Below are positions 12,801-24,700 of a stretch of 64,000 nt of DNA, one piece after another. The translations under genes were made by a program, and so were the position numbers. The number at the start of each line of letters is the position of its first letter. Position 1 is the stretch's first letter. The stretch lies in the NCBI GenBank assembly GCA_043228905.1, contig JBHGNT010000008.1, positions 21,142,001-21,206,000 on the forward strand, written 5' to 3'. The stretch comes from Azolla caroliniana (Eukaryota > Plantae > Polypodiophyta). The notes below the pieces were generated by a model, which made no database searches, was not told the DNA's origin, and saw nothing but the letters and a program-made list of their open reading frames with translations.

Positions 12801-14112
12801 CTCTCCGAATCGGCGCGCTTCTTCCAGCACTCACTTTCCCTGTGGCCTTTCTTGCCACAGTACCAGCACTCCCCGATGGACTTTCCTTGCCGGTTCTCAT
12901 CGCTTCGACTCCCCCTGTTTCCGGAGGGTCCGGAGTTGCTGTCGGCATCACTTCGGTGCCTTCTTTCTTGATCTCGTCGGCCGCCTCCATTGCATGCCGA
13001 CTCGCCTCGTCCTCCACGTCCACGGGACCTATCTCCCTCCGTGTACAACATTCTTCTGTCGGTGTGCGTGCTTGTAGACGCACCCGCGTGGTTCTCCTCT
13101 ACCAGGAGCATCAACTGTAAGTCGAAAAAGGACGGCGTATTCTCCCGGGTACACACAGCCGTTCGGAACGCTCCGAACTTCGACGCCAAACCTCTGAGAC
13201 AGATCTGGACCATCTCGCTCTCCTCGATGTTCACCTCTATGGAGGCGAGGGAGTCGCAGATATCCTTGATCTTCGAGGTATTGTCCGCCACTGACAAGTC
13301 ACATTGTCGTAGGTTTCTCAACTCCTGTCGAAGCTGAAGCTTCCTGGCTGTGGTGCTTGCGGCGAAAATCTTCTTCAGATTTTCCCACGCACCCTTCGGC
13401 GTCTTTGCATCCCGAACATAGCTCAATAGTTGTTCGCCCACACACAACGCGAAGCAGTATAGTACCCTGCTCGCTGATTGCTCCCATGACGGAAAGTCTC
13501 TGTGTGTCGATTCGGGTGCCACGTCATTAGCTCCTTCGACATAACTCTAGTAGCCATGCCCGAGCAAGTACTGGTGCATCTTGTAGGACCAAGACGCGTA
13601 GTTGGTTCTTTCGAGCTTCTCTGTTGGAAGCGAGCTCGCCATGCCTCTATCCATCGTTCTTCTTGTTCTTCTTCGTCAAGCTGTGTCGGCTGCAGAGAGG
13701 TTCTCAACCCTCGCGCTCTGATACCATGTAGAAAGAAACGTGCGGAAGCAAGTATGAAGACCAAACAGAAGAAAGGAAACTCAGGTTTAATGGAGAGCTT
13801 GGGCTTACGCAGTATACGCGGGAGAGACAGAGAGAGAAACACAAAAATCTATATTCAACAATAATACACAATCTCTGTACATAAGACGTGCTCAGTGAGC
13901 ACTTTTATACAAGTCCTAAAAGGACTGACCGAAGTACTGACAGTACTTCAATGCTCATCAAGAGCCCCTACACTAACTCCCAATTATTCCTCACGGAATA
14001 TCTTTCCTAACGACCTCCCGGTTTATGCACTCGGCCTAACCGATCGGTCCCAACCGATCCGGTCCTCGGCTTCTTCAGCCGATCCGGCCGATGTTGAGCT
14101 TGTCTCTCAACA

Positions 14113-14426
14113 ACTACTATCATAGTTTAGTGCAGTAGCTAATTAGCTACCACTTAGCTAATTAGCTACTACCATAGTTTAATACAATAGCTAATTAGCT
14201 AAATGGTAGCTAATTAGCTACTACCATAGTTTTGTACTGTAGCTAATTAGCTAAGTGGTAGATAATTAGCTACTACCATAGTTTAGTACAGTAGCTAATT
14301 AGCTGAGTGGTAGCTAATTAGCTATTACCATAGTTTAGTACAGTAGCTAATTAGCTGAGTGATAGCTAATTAGTGACTACCATAGTTTAGTGCAGTAGCT
14401 AATTAGCTGAGAGGTAGTTAATTAGC
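14113..14426. repeat. Continuation of the inverted TAGCTAATTAGCTA array
   Basis: Same units as 7700-7960. Confidence 0.9.
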
Positions 14427-16185
14427 GTATTTACACCTAGAAGGTCCAGGTTCATTGAAAGAACCTGGATCTCTGTCTGTAGTTGAATTTTCCGCTGGGG
14501 ATCCAACGACCCCTCAATTTCAAGTTCATGTTGAGCAACCTGTTCCAGATAATGCCTCAGTAGCACATTTTCATGTACAAGTTATTTATAACATATTACA
14601 TACTAGCAAAACAGTAGGTACCTGAATCTTATTTCTGATTGTTGTAATTGCCAAAATGACTTTGCTCTCCATCACATCAGCCAATGTTGCTTTCTCTAAA
14701 TCAATCTTAAAAAACTCCAATGTCTCACAGCCTTCATGGACATTTTTTAGCATATAGCTAATCAATGTCTCACCTGTATCATCGACATTGGCTTTCATTG
14801 TGCGTCAGTGTGGCGTATACTTGCGGGTTTGTTGGGAGTCGACAGTTGCATCATCAACTGCCATGCTCCAAAATCTTGCCATTTTTTGTTGCAAGCTCCC
14901 CATCTTCCAACATCTTCCTACTGATGCCTCACCATAAATTGCCCAAGCTACCCTGTACATTTCAGGGTCACGAGATTCCTTCGTTGTTTTGCAATACTCG
15001 TATGCAAAAGCTCTGGCAAAGGAAACTGACAACTCGTTGTTGACCGGGATCTCTTGATGTACTTTTTGGTGCAATCTCATGTAGTCGTCGTACAGGTCCG
15101 GTCGTACAGGCTTGAGCTTGACCTCGCTTTTCACTCTAGGCACTTTATATACTGACATCCAGTCTACATCACTAATCAATCTATCAGTTAGAACACCAGG
15201 GTCAATACCCTCGAGCGACAGACCATATATGTTGTGAAAGTCCTACTTTGTCTCACAAAATTTTGTGAAGTTCAACACTTTAGGATAGGGAGGAACAAGC
15301 CACCTGAAATAGAAAATCAGTAATCAGAATTGTTGCAAAAACAAAAAATTTAATGTGAATTTGGTGCAATATTACAACACTTTGAGAATGTAATCTGAAT
15401 TTTGTAAAATGTTCTTTTCAACATGTATCAGAAATCAACCACTTAAAAAATCAGAAACCCTAATAAGAATTTGTCATGAGAATTGGTGCAAAATTACAAC
15501 AGATTGCGACAGAAATCAAAAATTTGTAACCAGAAACTTGCAATCTGAAATTTGTAATCAGAAACCCTAAACCAGTTAAGGGAAACACAAACCCTAATCA
15601 TCACTAAAGGCAGAAATCAACCGTACTACAAAATTCTGTCAATCAGAAACACACCTGTTGCTACACCCCGATCTTCGAGACATCCTTGTTTGGGACTCCA
15701 ACGACTTCGCCCTATTCGATTTTTGGGAAAGATGAACAGGCACCAAAGTTACAAACAGTTATAAATTAGGAAAAAAAAGTTTTTTTCATATGTAACTAAT
15801 ACATACCTAGACGAGGATCGACTAGCTCGTGTGTTGTAGCTCTAAAGGTGCAATGTCGATCTTAGAGTTTTTGTGCTGCTACAGGGGCTTCGTCTACGTT
15901 CATGCTCAGAGTACTCCATCTATTTGGAGTTAGAACTCGAACTCAGGATTACCAAGAATTCGATGACATTCAAGTCAACCTTAGATGATGGCACTATTCC
16001 CCATGTTCCACTACGTCATAAACCAAAGTTCAAATATTTGAGTATTCTCATCAATTAAATGACATGTATTTAACTAATAAAACATAAAATTTGATAAACC
16101 ATCCTTATGATTTTCCCACAAAAAAACTAGCTAAACAAATAGCTAATTAGCTGTGGCCATTTTAGTAGCTAATTAGCTATAATAG

Positions 16186-16210
16186 TGTTTCCACTTGCAT
16201 GCTTTCACCC
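16186..16210 (-). repeat. Right TIR of the Sola2-like element
   Basis: TGTTTCCACTTGCATGCTTTCACCC, preceded by TAGCTAATTAGCT motifs at 16140-16179. Confidence 0.9.
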
Positions 16211-16869
16211 TACTCCGGTCTAGCTTTTCACTAAGGAGCGAGCTACCCATTTGTGTGTTCATGTTGATGTAGTGTCTTCCTTCCTGGCTTTTCTTCCTTT
16301 GGTCATCTACACATGCTACGTAGTGGCACTACAATAGTGGATAACCGGATTTGTCGTCAGTGACTCGAACACACAATCATGAAGTGTCGGGTGAGCTTAG
16401 TGGATGTGCTAAACCATACGCTCTAATACCATGTTAAGAATTAGGTAATTAACTAAGGGTTAATAAGTACCTAATTATGTGATTAAGCAACGGACGATTA
16501 TGTGATGTGTGTGTATGTATGTGAGAGTGTGAGAGGAAGAGAGAAAGAACACTAATGAACAACGAGACAAGATGGGGGATGATTAACTATATTAAAAAGC
16601 ATCATCAAGTTACAATGATATACTCAATGAGGTATATATACATCTCATGTGCAAGGTCGCACATGTGTGAGTAGAATATAGGTACAAATGTGTAAGTCCT
16701 ATATTAAATGAACATGGGAGTGGAGGATCTACAATGCATCCCACTCAAGTACAAAATCCTATTTAAGGTTTTAAGGTCAACACACTAACTAGATTCTATC
16801 TAGGTAACTAGTAAATTATGTGTGTTGATGACTAGCTAACTAAATCTAGTTGAGCTTAATATCTCAACA
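16211..16869 (-). mobile_element. Copia 5' LTR (16432-16869), PBS and gag start
   Basis: The LTR is homologous to 39204-39671. Degenerate Met-tRNA PBS at 16420-16431. Confidence 0.85.
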
Positions 16870-17516
16870 ATTCCAAACAAAAGAATTTCTAAAATATTTA
16901 CCACCAAGAATGTTAGGGAGAACTGTTTCAATTCTATTCTCTGACACATGCAATGCTCCCACACATTGCTCCGCCTCGTATAAAGATACTTCCACATCCA
17001 AAGACCCCCAGAAAACAACCCCCCATGTAAAAACTGCTCTTTTATGTTTATGAGAAAACAACCTCAATATTCTTCCCAATACTTTTGAGCTACACTACAA
17101 GCATATGGTGCACTATTCTGATGACACCAACTAATTTTTGCCAAAAGATGAAGCAAACTTTGAAGGTGCCAAGAGGGTATAACAAAAGTCTCAATGAATA
17201 AGTAAAGCACGTGCTTAAATAGTGCAACATTTCACCAAGAAATTTAAACTAGATTGGAAAGACGGAGGACATGGAATATCATGTGAAATATAAGTTTTCT
17301 ATGGAGTTCTGTTCTAAGAGCCCGAAATTTTGTTTTCTGTAGCAGATCACTAGAATCAATGCTATGTTTTATGGTTGTTTTTTTTCCCAACAGTTTTTAC
17401 AAATGCTAGAATCAGTTCAGATATACTGGTGGAGATGAAACAATATTATGTACTATTTGTATACTACCTCCGGGCTTTTTATTAATACCAATGGAGCATA
17501 TGTTTTATGGTAAAAG

Positions 17517-18215
17517 AAATTTAAACTAGAAAGTTTTTCACAAACTAGCCACTTTGGATTAGACGGTTGCCTTTCAAGAATATCTGGATGGAATGTCACT
17601 ATAACTTCGTGACCCCTCACAACTCAACCTTTAGAAGTAACTCAAAGGCAAGTTTCTCGAGCTCTCTTGTTTGTTTTGACAATACATTTCATAGTGCTCA
17701 AGAAGTTGCAGCTCGAGCAAGGTACATGTTTAAAGCAAATGCTTAGATAGTAGAAATTTAAACTAGGAAGTGTTTTCCAAACTAGCCACTTTAGATTAGA
17801 TGGTTGCCTTTCACGAATATCTAGATGGAATGACACTATAACTTCATGATCCCTCGCCACTCAAACTCTAGAAGTAACTCGAAGACATGTTTCTCGAGCT
17901 CTCCTGTTTGTTTTGACAATACATTTCATAGTATTCAAGAAGCTACAACTTGAGCAAGGTACAGGATCAAAGCACCCACTTAGATAGTGCAAAATTCCAA
18001 CTAGAAATTTAAACTAGGAAGTGTTTTCGAATGTAGCCACTTTAGATTAGACGGTCGCCTTTCACAAATCTCTAGATGTAATGTCACTATAACTTCATGA
18101 TCCCTCGCCACTCAACCTCCAGAAGTAACTCGATGGCATGTTTCTCAAGCTCTCCTTTTTTATTTGACAATACATTTCATAGTGCTCAAGAAGTTGCATC
18201 TTGAGTGAGGTATAA
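17517..18215. repeat. Tandem repeat, about 240-bp unit, 3 copies
   Basis: AAATTTAAACTAG..TAGCCACTTTAGATTAGA..ACAATACATTTCATAGT recurs at ~17517, ~17754 and ~18004. Confidence 0.9.
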
Positions 18216-21048
18216 AACTTGAAGTACACGGAAATTCGTTGGGAAATAAGTTGGTATTTTAGAGATAGTAAACAGATGCAAATAATAAAAGGTCATAAGG
18301 TCATAGATCCTAGAGTAGGCTAATGATTAATTAACTTTGAACCATACAAGTGAGAAATTCAAAGAAAGAAAGAAACACAAATGATTTAGTCTCTCTAGAA
18401 GTTTGATTACCAATAACTCTATGAGGGGGTGAATCGTGATTCGTGATTCGTGAATTGTGACCCCTCATTCTAGGCTTACAAAAATCTAGGAGTATGTAGT
18501 ATGTTCCATCTACTAGTTTTCTCTCTCTAGAATATAGTGTACTCTTATATATGTTGTCATACCAATATCGAGAATTGAAGTGTACAATGTAGAATATTGA
18601 ATTCTCTCTCTCATGAAAGTACAACGTGTTCCCACTTCAACACTATATTGAATAACATTGTGTGTGGCACGTACATTGTACCATCTCTCTTTGTCTACAT
18701 ATAATGTGTGACTTGACCATCCACATTACTAGTGTAGTACAATATTTGTTTGAAGCATGTAGGATTTTACCCCAGGAAGTCTTAGAATTATAGCCTTGGG
18801 ACAAATACTAGAGCGAACAATACCTTACTAAGTTGGTTAGGGAAAAGATACATTTCTAGGAAAGGAAAATCGGCTTTACTTTTTGGATTCCATCAAATTT
18901 CTAGCTTGCATTTAAAAAAGCCATTGAAGTTTAGTAATCGATGTAAACTACAATTAGCATTGATCTCTTTCAGTGTTCCCCCATTCCTCTTTACCCTAAT
19001 CTATAACGATTTTGGATCATCTGATTAACTATTTAATCTTCTAAAAGGGAGAGAAAGAGAATTGCAACATAATTTATGCATGAACACTTGAACGAGAGTT
19101 GAAGGAAAAAACTTGAGTACCTTTTGTTCTCATGATTTTCAAGCAATTGGCAATTTCAAGGAGCATTTGTAATGAGCTTAACTCCCACGTTTTTTTACCC
19201 CTATTGTTCGTTTCCCCATTATTCATACATAGGTGTAAGAAAGTAGTTACAATTCAATTTGGGAGCCACGATCCAATAACTAATTTCCAACATGTGGTAC
19301 TTCAAATATTGATGAATGTGTCAAAATAAATTTAATATAAATAGCCTCTTTGCACAATCTCTATATGTCACTCTTCTCCTTTAGAAGATCATTGAGTTAT
19401 ATAGTTACAAAATTGTGGGTCCTACTCCTCCACCTCCAAGTAATGAATGTTATGTCTATGTGGACTGACTACCATGAATGAAACACACTAGTATTTGAAT
19501 GTAGTACAAGTAGTACTTATAAAGTAGTAGCTCAGTGGTTCTCATCGTGTTTAGGGGAGATCTTGGAAAACACCCTTAAACTTCTTTTACTTTTCGTGAC
19601 TGCGCATAAGGTTTTTGTTATTCACCAAATGCCCCTTCTCCTAGTTAGAGTGTCGATTGTTTGCGCAATCATGTAGTGAAAATCATCACCATTTTGTGTC
19701 TTTTGAGGGTTGACTACACTATTTTGGTAACACACAAAAAAGTCGCATATGAGGAGATTTAGGAATACTGCAAGGAAATGTCAGAACATTCTATGGGCCA
19801 TTTTTTTAGCTTTGTATTATGAGTGAAAGTTTGCTCCTAGATTTTTGTTTATACTTTTTGTTATTTCTTGAAATGTATGAACTTCGGGAAATATGTTGCC
19901 CCAAAATTCGTGAGGATGCCGGAAATTCTCACAAGTGAACTTGCCTTCCGAAATGTCCCAACATGCATGCAAGAGGGAAGCCATTGAATGGGAAAACAAA
20001 AATGTGCCCCTTCTTTATCTTCTCTTCATCAAGTTGGAGAGGGGCATTGTGAGATTAAAGAGAAACTCAGGGGTATGTTAGAAAATTAAACCAACAGCAA
20101 AGGAATGTGAGGTCTTTTCTTCTACTGTGATGTGACTCTGAGCTCCCCTGTTTCAGTGAGAGATGTAATGTCTGACAGACATTAAAGATAATCTCTTCCT
20201 CTTCCTCATCCTCATCCTTATCCCTATTTCTTATCTCACTCTCCATAATTTATCCATCCATACATTCTCTCTCCACCACCCAACAAATCCAGGAAATAAA
20301 TATAACTATTTGATGAAACAATTTAATATATTTTACAAAAAAACTGGATATAATTGAAGAAATTATAATTTATTTGATATAAAAATAGAGTAAAAATGTA
20401 CTTTTTATTAAATTCTTTTCTCTCATTGTGAAGTATATACATAGATAAATTTCACAATGAGAGGAAATAATTTTAATGGAGACCAGATTTTGATATGAAT
20501 ATCAATAAAAAGCAACTAAAAACTATGCAGAAAAGCATATTCTACACACTCGCCCTAGTTTCATTTTTTTCCTCTCTCATTAGATGGCAAATTTCTTCAT
20601 TGATCCTAACGTCAAAAAGCTAGACAATTTATTTCTCATCATCAAAGCCACAATATAAATAGCTTCAATTAGAAATAGTTAAAGCTGAATCAATGACATT
20701 GATAAAACAAACTATGAAAAAAGGAGCAGCATATTTAGAGTTAAAAAAGCATGGTAAATATATGCCCATGTCCAATGTATGTTATGTATGTAAGTAACGG
20801 ACATTGAAGGAAGGGAAGGATTTATGTATATGTACATCTATACATAAATGCTTTTGTTTTGTCCAATGTATAAATGAAGTGTTAAAAGAGACAGAGACAG
20901 AGCAAGTGGAGTCTTGTTTTACTCTTGAAGAAGAAGAAGAAGAAGATGAAGATGAAAGGGCAAGTAAACACAATTCATACCAATGCTTGCATTGTTATAG
21001 CCATGGGTTCTAAACGATCCTAGTTGTAATAATAATAGGTATAATATC

Positions 21049-21939
21049 ATGTTAGATCTAAGCTTAGGGTTGAGATGCTCAGAGATTAATTCAGTCGAGT
21101 GTCGCGACAATGTCCCCACTGATGATATTGTTTGCATCAATTCTACTTATGAAAAAGAAGGAGTTTTGGAAGATGAAGATGTTAATGAAGAAGAACACTA
21201 TAAGTTGGAGTGCAGCTTATCTTCTTCTTCGGCTTCACCATCCAAGGTGTTCCCTTGCAAGTTTTGTGAGAGAAGGTTCCATAGCTCACAAGCACTTGGG
21301 GGTCATCAAAATGCGCATAAACGAGAGAGGCTTGTGGCGAGACGATCGATCATCGGAAGAACCAATTACATGATCCCCGTGCCACCGAGTGTGAACCCGC
21401 GGACATTGGGCATCAAAGCACATTCACTCATACACAAACCATTAGTGTTAACACATCATCCTAATGATGTGAATAAACTCTCTTCCTCTTCATTAATGTG
21501 CATGGGCACCCTTAATCATCAATCCTTGTACAACTATGATGGGAAATTAGGGTCACCTCTAATGCATCATCAATATCAAAAGCTCTTGCTTCATCAAGGT
21601 AATAATCATCAATATACCGCATTTTCATCAGCTTCCTCGATGTCAAGTTGCCACACCAAACCCATCCACCATGACCATAATCTCCATCTGAGGATGACCC
21701 AAAGTCCACCACTACCCACTAATAACTCTAGTTGTAAAACTAACAATAAACATCACCTTAATCACCCATTGAATTCTCCCATTTACCCTCACCATTGCCA
21801 ACAAATTACCCACAAAAATCCTCCCAATGTGTGGCTTCCTCTGAATTCTTCTTCTGACTTTCACAATTTTAGCACTACCACAAGTACCCATCTACCGGAG
21901 AAGATTGAGTCTCTTCTAGACCTCGCCCTTCGGCTTTAA
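21049..21939 (+). CDS. Single-finger QALGGH C2H2 zinc-finger repressor (ZFP1/3/4/7-like) with N- and C-terminal EAR motifs
   Basis: Intact intronless 296-aa ORF: [48 protein letters not shown] and terminal LDLALRL. Confidence 0.92.
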   Translation: MLDLSLGLRCSEINSVECRDNVPTDDIVCINSTYEKEGVLEDEDVNEEEHYKLECSLSSSSASPSKVFPCKFCERRFHSSQALGGHQNAHKRERLVARRSIIGRTNYMIPVPPSVNPRTLGIKAHSLIHKPLVLTHHPNDVNKLSSSSLMCMGTLNHQSLYNYDGKLGSPLMHHQYQKLLLHQGNNHQYTAFSSASSMSSCHTKPIHHDHNLHLRMTQSPPLPTNNSSCKTNNKHHLNHPLNSPIYPHHCQQITHKNPPNVWLPLNSSSDFHNFSTTTSTHLPEKIESLLDLALRL

Positions 21940-22526
21940 TCCTTGTTTTGTCATAACTCTCACCCATGTACATGTATCTGAAAATTTTCTATATATTGGT
22001 ACACTTCACATTATACATAACACATTTTCTTTAATACTTGTGCTCCTTGGGGAAGTGTTTTCATTGCTCAAGTGAAGAAGTTAAATTTCATATATTTTTC
22101 ATGGTTCCCATGGCAAGACTTCATTTTCCAAGGGAAGCAATTTCATATTTCTTGTACTTCTATTAGTAGATAAGTTCATTTTCTGTTTTTTCCAATATTA
22201 GGAATTCAATTTTACTTACAATTGGAATTTGGGATTAACTTTCCCAATACATAGGTTGAAGCAAATTTCTCATGATTTATACTTGTAGTTCATCTCCATT
22301 TTGGAGGTAAAGATGGGAAACTCTACAAATGCTGATATCCAAGGAAGGTTGTAAGGTTTCTAAAGTTCCACCAAAGGTTTCCCTAAGGTTTCCCAAAAGA
22401 ATTGCAATTTATCACATATTTCCCTAGGTTTAAGCAATATTTCATATTTATGCTTCTATAATGGGAGCCAAAAGATCATAAATCAATTGTCAAATGGGAC
22501 AATGTTATTCATGATTAGTCAGTCCA

Positions 22527-22600
22527 TCCCCAACTAAGATAGGAGACATTGAATGGAAGTCTTCCCCAACTAAGATTGGAAACATTGAATGGAAGTCTTC
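22527..22600. repeat. About 37-bp tandem duplication
   Basis: CCCCAACTAAGAT.GGA.ACATTGAATGGAAGTCTT occurs twice. Confidence 0.85.
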
Positions 22601-23949
22601 AGAAAAACGGATTTCTTTTGTGGCAAATTTTATTCTTGTAATCATAGTCATCATTTGAATTAGTTTGTAGGTTAGGAGCGAAATATTAGTATTCGGATGG
22701 CAAAAAAATCCATAGTTTGTTGTAAATTAGTAATGTTGGTGGTTTTGCTCTCGTAATGAAAGTGATTATTTACGAAAAAAGTGTGACAATATGTGTGAGT
22801 TAGTATTCGACACAATTAGTGTATACTATTGTAAAACCTTAGAGTAGAATTTTGTCAATAGTGGTTAGTAAGTTGAATGCTCAAAATCTATTATTGTTTG
22901 GCATTTAGTGGCACTTGATAACAACATTTGAAATCATTCAAATGACAATTGTGGAAGTACAAGCAATATTTGATTGTCTACTTGGAAATGGTTTCGAGTT
23001 CTCATAACTTTTGCATTTGGATGGAAAAAGGTCGAGCAAATTGCACCTGTTGTGGTTTCCACCTAGAGAGGAGGTTGGGGAGCACATTTCAGGTGGATTC
23101 AAGGTTGACTTAGGCTTAGAGAATGACATGGGCTAAGTTTTTGCCATGGGACCACCCACCACTAACAATCACCTTGATGGTGGTTGCTTCAAGGTGTTGT
23201 TGGTGGCTAGTATACTTGGTGGAGAAGCAAGTTTCAATGTCTTAACTTAATCCTCCCCAATTGCATAAAACCCAACCATAATGTTATCAAACTAGGCATT
23301 GGATAAATTCTTTATACTAGAGAAATGTGTGTTATTTGCCCAAACTTGGGATTGAGCCATGTGTATGGACAATATGGTTTACACACACATTATAGCACCT
23401 AGTCAACATGGTACACTTTGCCCACATCTAGCTTTGATTTCTATAAAAGAAACATGAGAAGCTAGTTGGTTGTGCATTAAGAGAAAATGTTTGGCATCTA
23501 ATATATCATAGGTATGACGCATGGCATGAATGCACACAATTACACTACACACACTTAGAAAGAATATTTTAAATGGAGTAAAGCTTCGATAGCACATCAT
23601 CAAGAAGGTTATTGGAAGAAATCAACTGATGGTTTGGACAACGCTCCCATGAGAGAAGGCCCATCTACTTTTTGAGAGGAACAACTTGTTGGTTATATTT
23701 TGAACATAACTTGATAAAGCATAGATAGAGAAGGATTTGAACAACGAATTAATGTAATATATTTCAAATTATTTGTCGAATACAATCTCACTATAATATT
23801 CCTTCTATTATAATTTTCACAAGATGTTCTTCACCTAATCAATGTGAGGTCTTGTGTTTAGTGCAAACCACAAGAACAACTTGTGGGAAAGAAAGATGAA
23901 GAACCACAAGAAGAAAACAAAGATGATGACTCAAAAAATATCAATCATG

Positions 23950-24208
23950 GAGAACATCTTAAGTACGGCACTTAAGTTATCACTCCCTCTTAGTATGTCA
24001 GCATATTTGAAATGAATTGCACTATATGTTGAGCATGTGAAGAGCAAGTGACATTCATCCTCTACCATGCCTTCATTGCATACTTTACATGTGTTCAAAT
24101 TAGTTACATTTTGATACCATGATGCAACTTCAATACCTAACTTGTGGGATTGAGTGTGAAGTAGTGTAAGGGCTCTACGAGCATTACTACTCATATTGGT
24201 AAAGAGAC
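23950..24208 (-). pseudogene. 5'-truncated LINE 3' fragment beside an (AG)n tract
   Basis: Near-identical to 30478-30725 (CKVCNEGMVEDECHLLFTC). Confidence 0.85.
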
Positions 24209-24209
24209 A

Positions 24210-24259
<50 letters not shown>

Positions 24260-24289
24260 CACACAAGAGTAACTTTATTATTCTCCAAA

Positions 24290-24700
24290 GTTACAATGGC
24301 AACAACAACATCCTAACTAGGTTACAAAGGTCAGTTTAAATATTAATTGACCTAGGGCAACTGCCCTTCCCAATATTTACAAATATGGCCTAGACCTAGT
24401 CTGTCCCATGGTATAGTGTGAATACGTCCATTATGAACCTGTACTCGACACTCCCCTGTAATGGGATGTATATTACAACAAAAAACTGTAAAAGAAATGA
24501 ACAAAAATATAGATTTATACAAGGTTGTCGGACAAGCCGGCTTTTGTCCGAATTCGGTAGGTCGGACCAAGCAATGTCCAAAAAACAAGAAGCCACATCG
24601 GCCGAAGCCGAAAGGGTTGAGGTCGGATCGCCTAGTCTGAAAATAAATCCCAATTGGAGAGTCTGAAGTCAAGTCGGCAATGCTAATTGCCGAATCTCAA
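24290..24700. repeat. Dispersed LTR-like repeat; inverted copy at ~50690-51015
   Basis: Shared blocks GTGAATACGTCCATTA and GGTTACAAAG match the second copy in opposite orientation. Confidence 0.6.

Larger units (their letters stand above)
8349..13620 (-). pseudogene. Copia gag-pol (gag CCHC, protease, integrase, RT, RNase H), disrupted
   Basis: CWYCGKKGHRESEC; WYVDSGASNHM; LRSDGGKEY/PEQNGVAER; LYVDDL; IYCDN/TKHIEV/ADIFTK. Contains stops and a solo-LTR insertion. Confidence 0.95.
7961..14112 (-). mobile_element. Near-complete Ty1/Copia LTR retrotransposon
   Basis: LTRs 7961-8348 and 13727-14112 (TG..CA, about 8 substitutions plus an indel). PBS TGGTATCAGAGC at 13715-13726, PPT at 8349-8358, TSD gctac/actac. 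Confidence 0.95.
4927..15683 (-). pseudogene. Transposon ORF2, multi-exon and convergent with the transposase; C-terminal FCP1/SCP (NIF)-like HAD domain
   Basis: Exons 15683-15655, 15303-14437, 6649-~6153 and 5867-4927. The first two GT-AG junctions are phase-compatible (MSRRSGCSNR|WLVPP and MNLDLL-E|SCGL); the third is uncertain. Several C-to-T stops. Confidence 0.65.
207..16210 (+). mobile_element. Sola2-like cut-and-paste DNA transposon (about 9.9 kb native plus a 6.15-kb nested Copia)
   Basis: 25-bp TIRs with 1 mismatch starting GGG. The element splits a Copia gag, and removing a 4-bp duplication restores the frame. Transposase motifs DFxENY, SDGAASQFK and GKxEHDGAG are present. The superfamily call is from recalled motifs. 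Confidence 0.8.

Noticed and set aside
8327-13864. Numerous long plus-strand ORFs (e.g. 11831-12622)
   Set aside because: Antisense shadows of the GC-rich Copia gag-pol.
17040-17200. Possible LINE RT remnant (HYSDDT)
   Set aside because: A single short motif with adjacent stops is too weak to call.
20804-21013. Acidic ORF as an N-terminal extension of the zinc-finger protein
   Set aside because: It has no ATG and is in a different frame, and an in-frame TAG at 20998 precedes the zinc-finger ATG. The acidic run is a GAA microsatellite.
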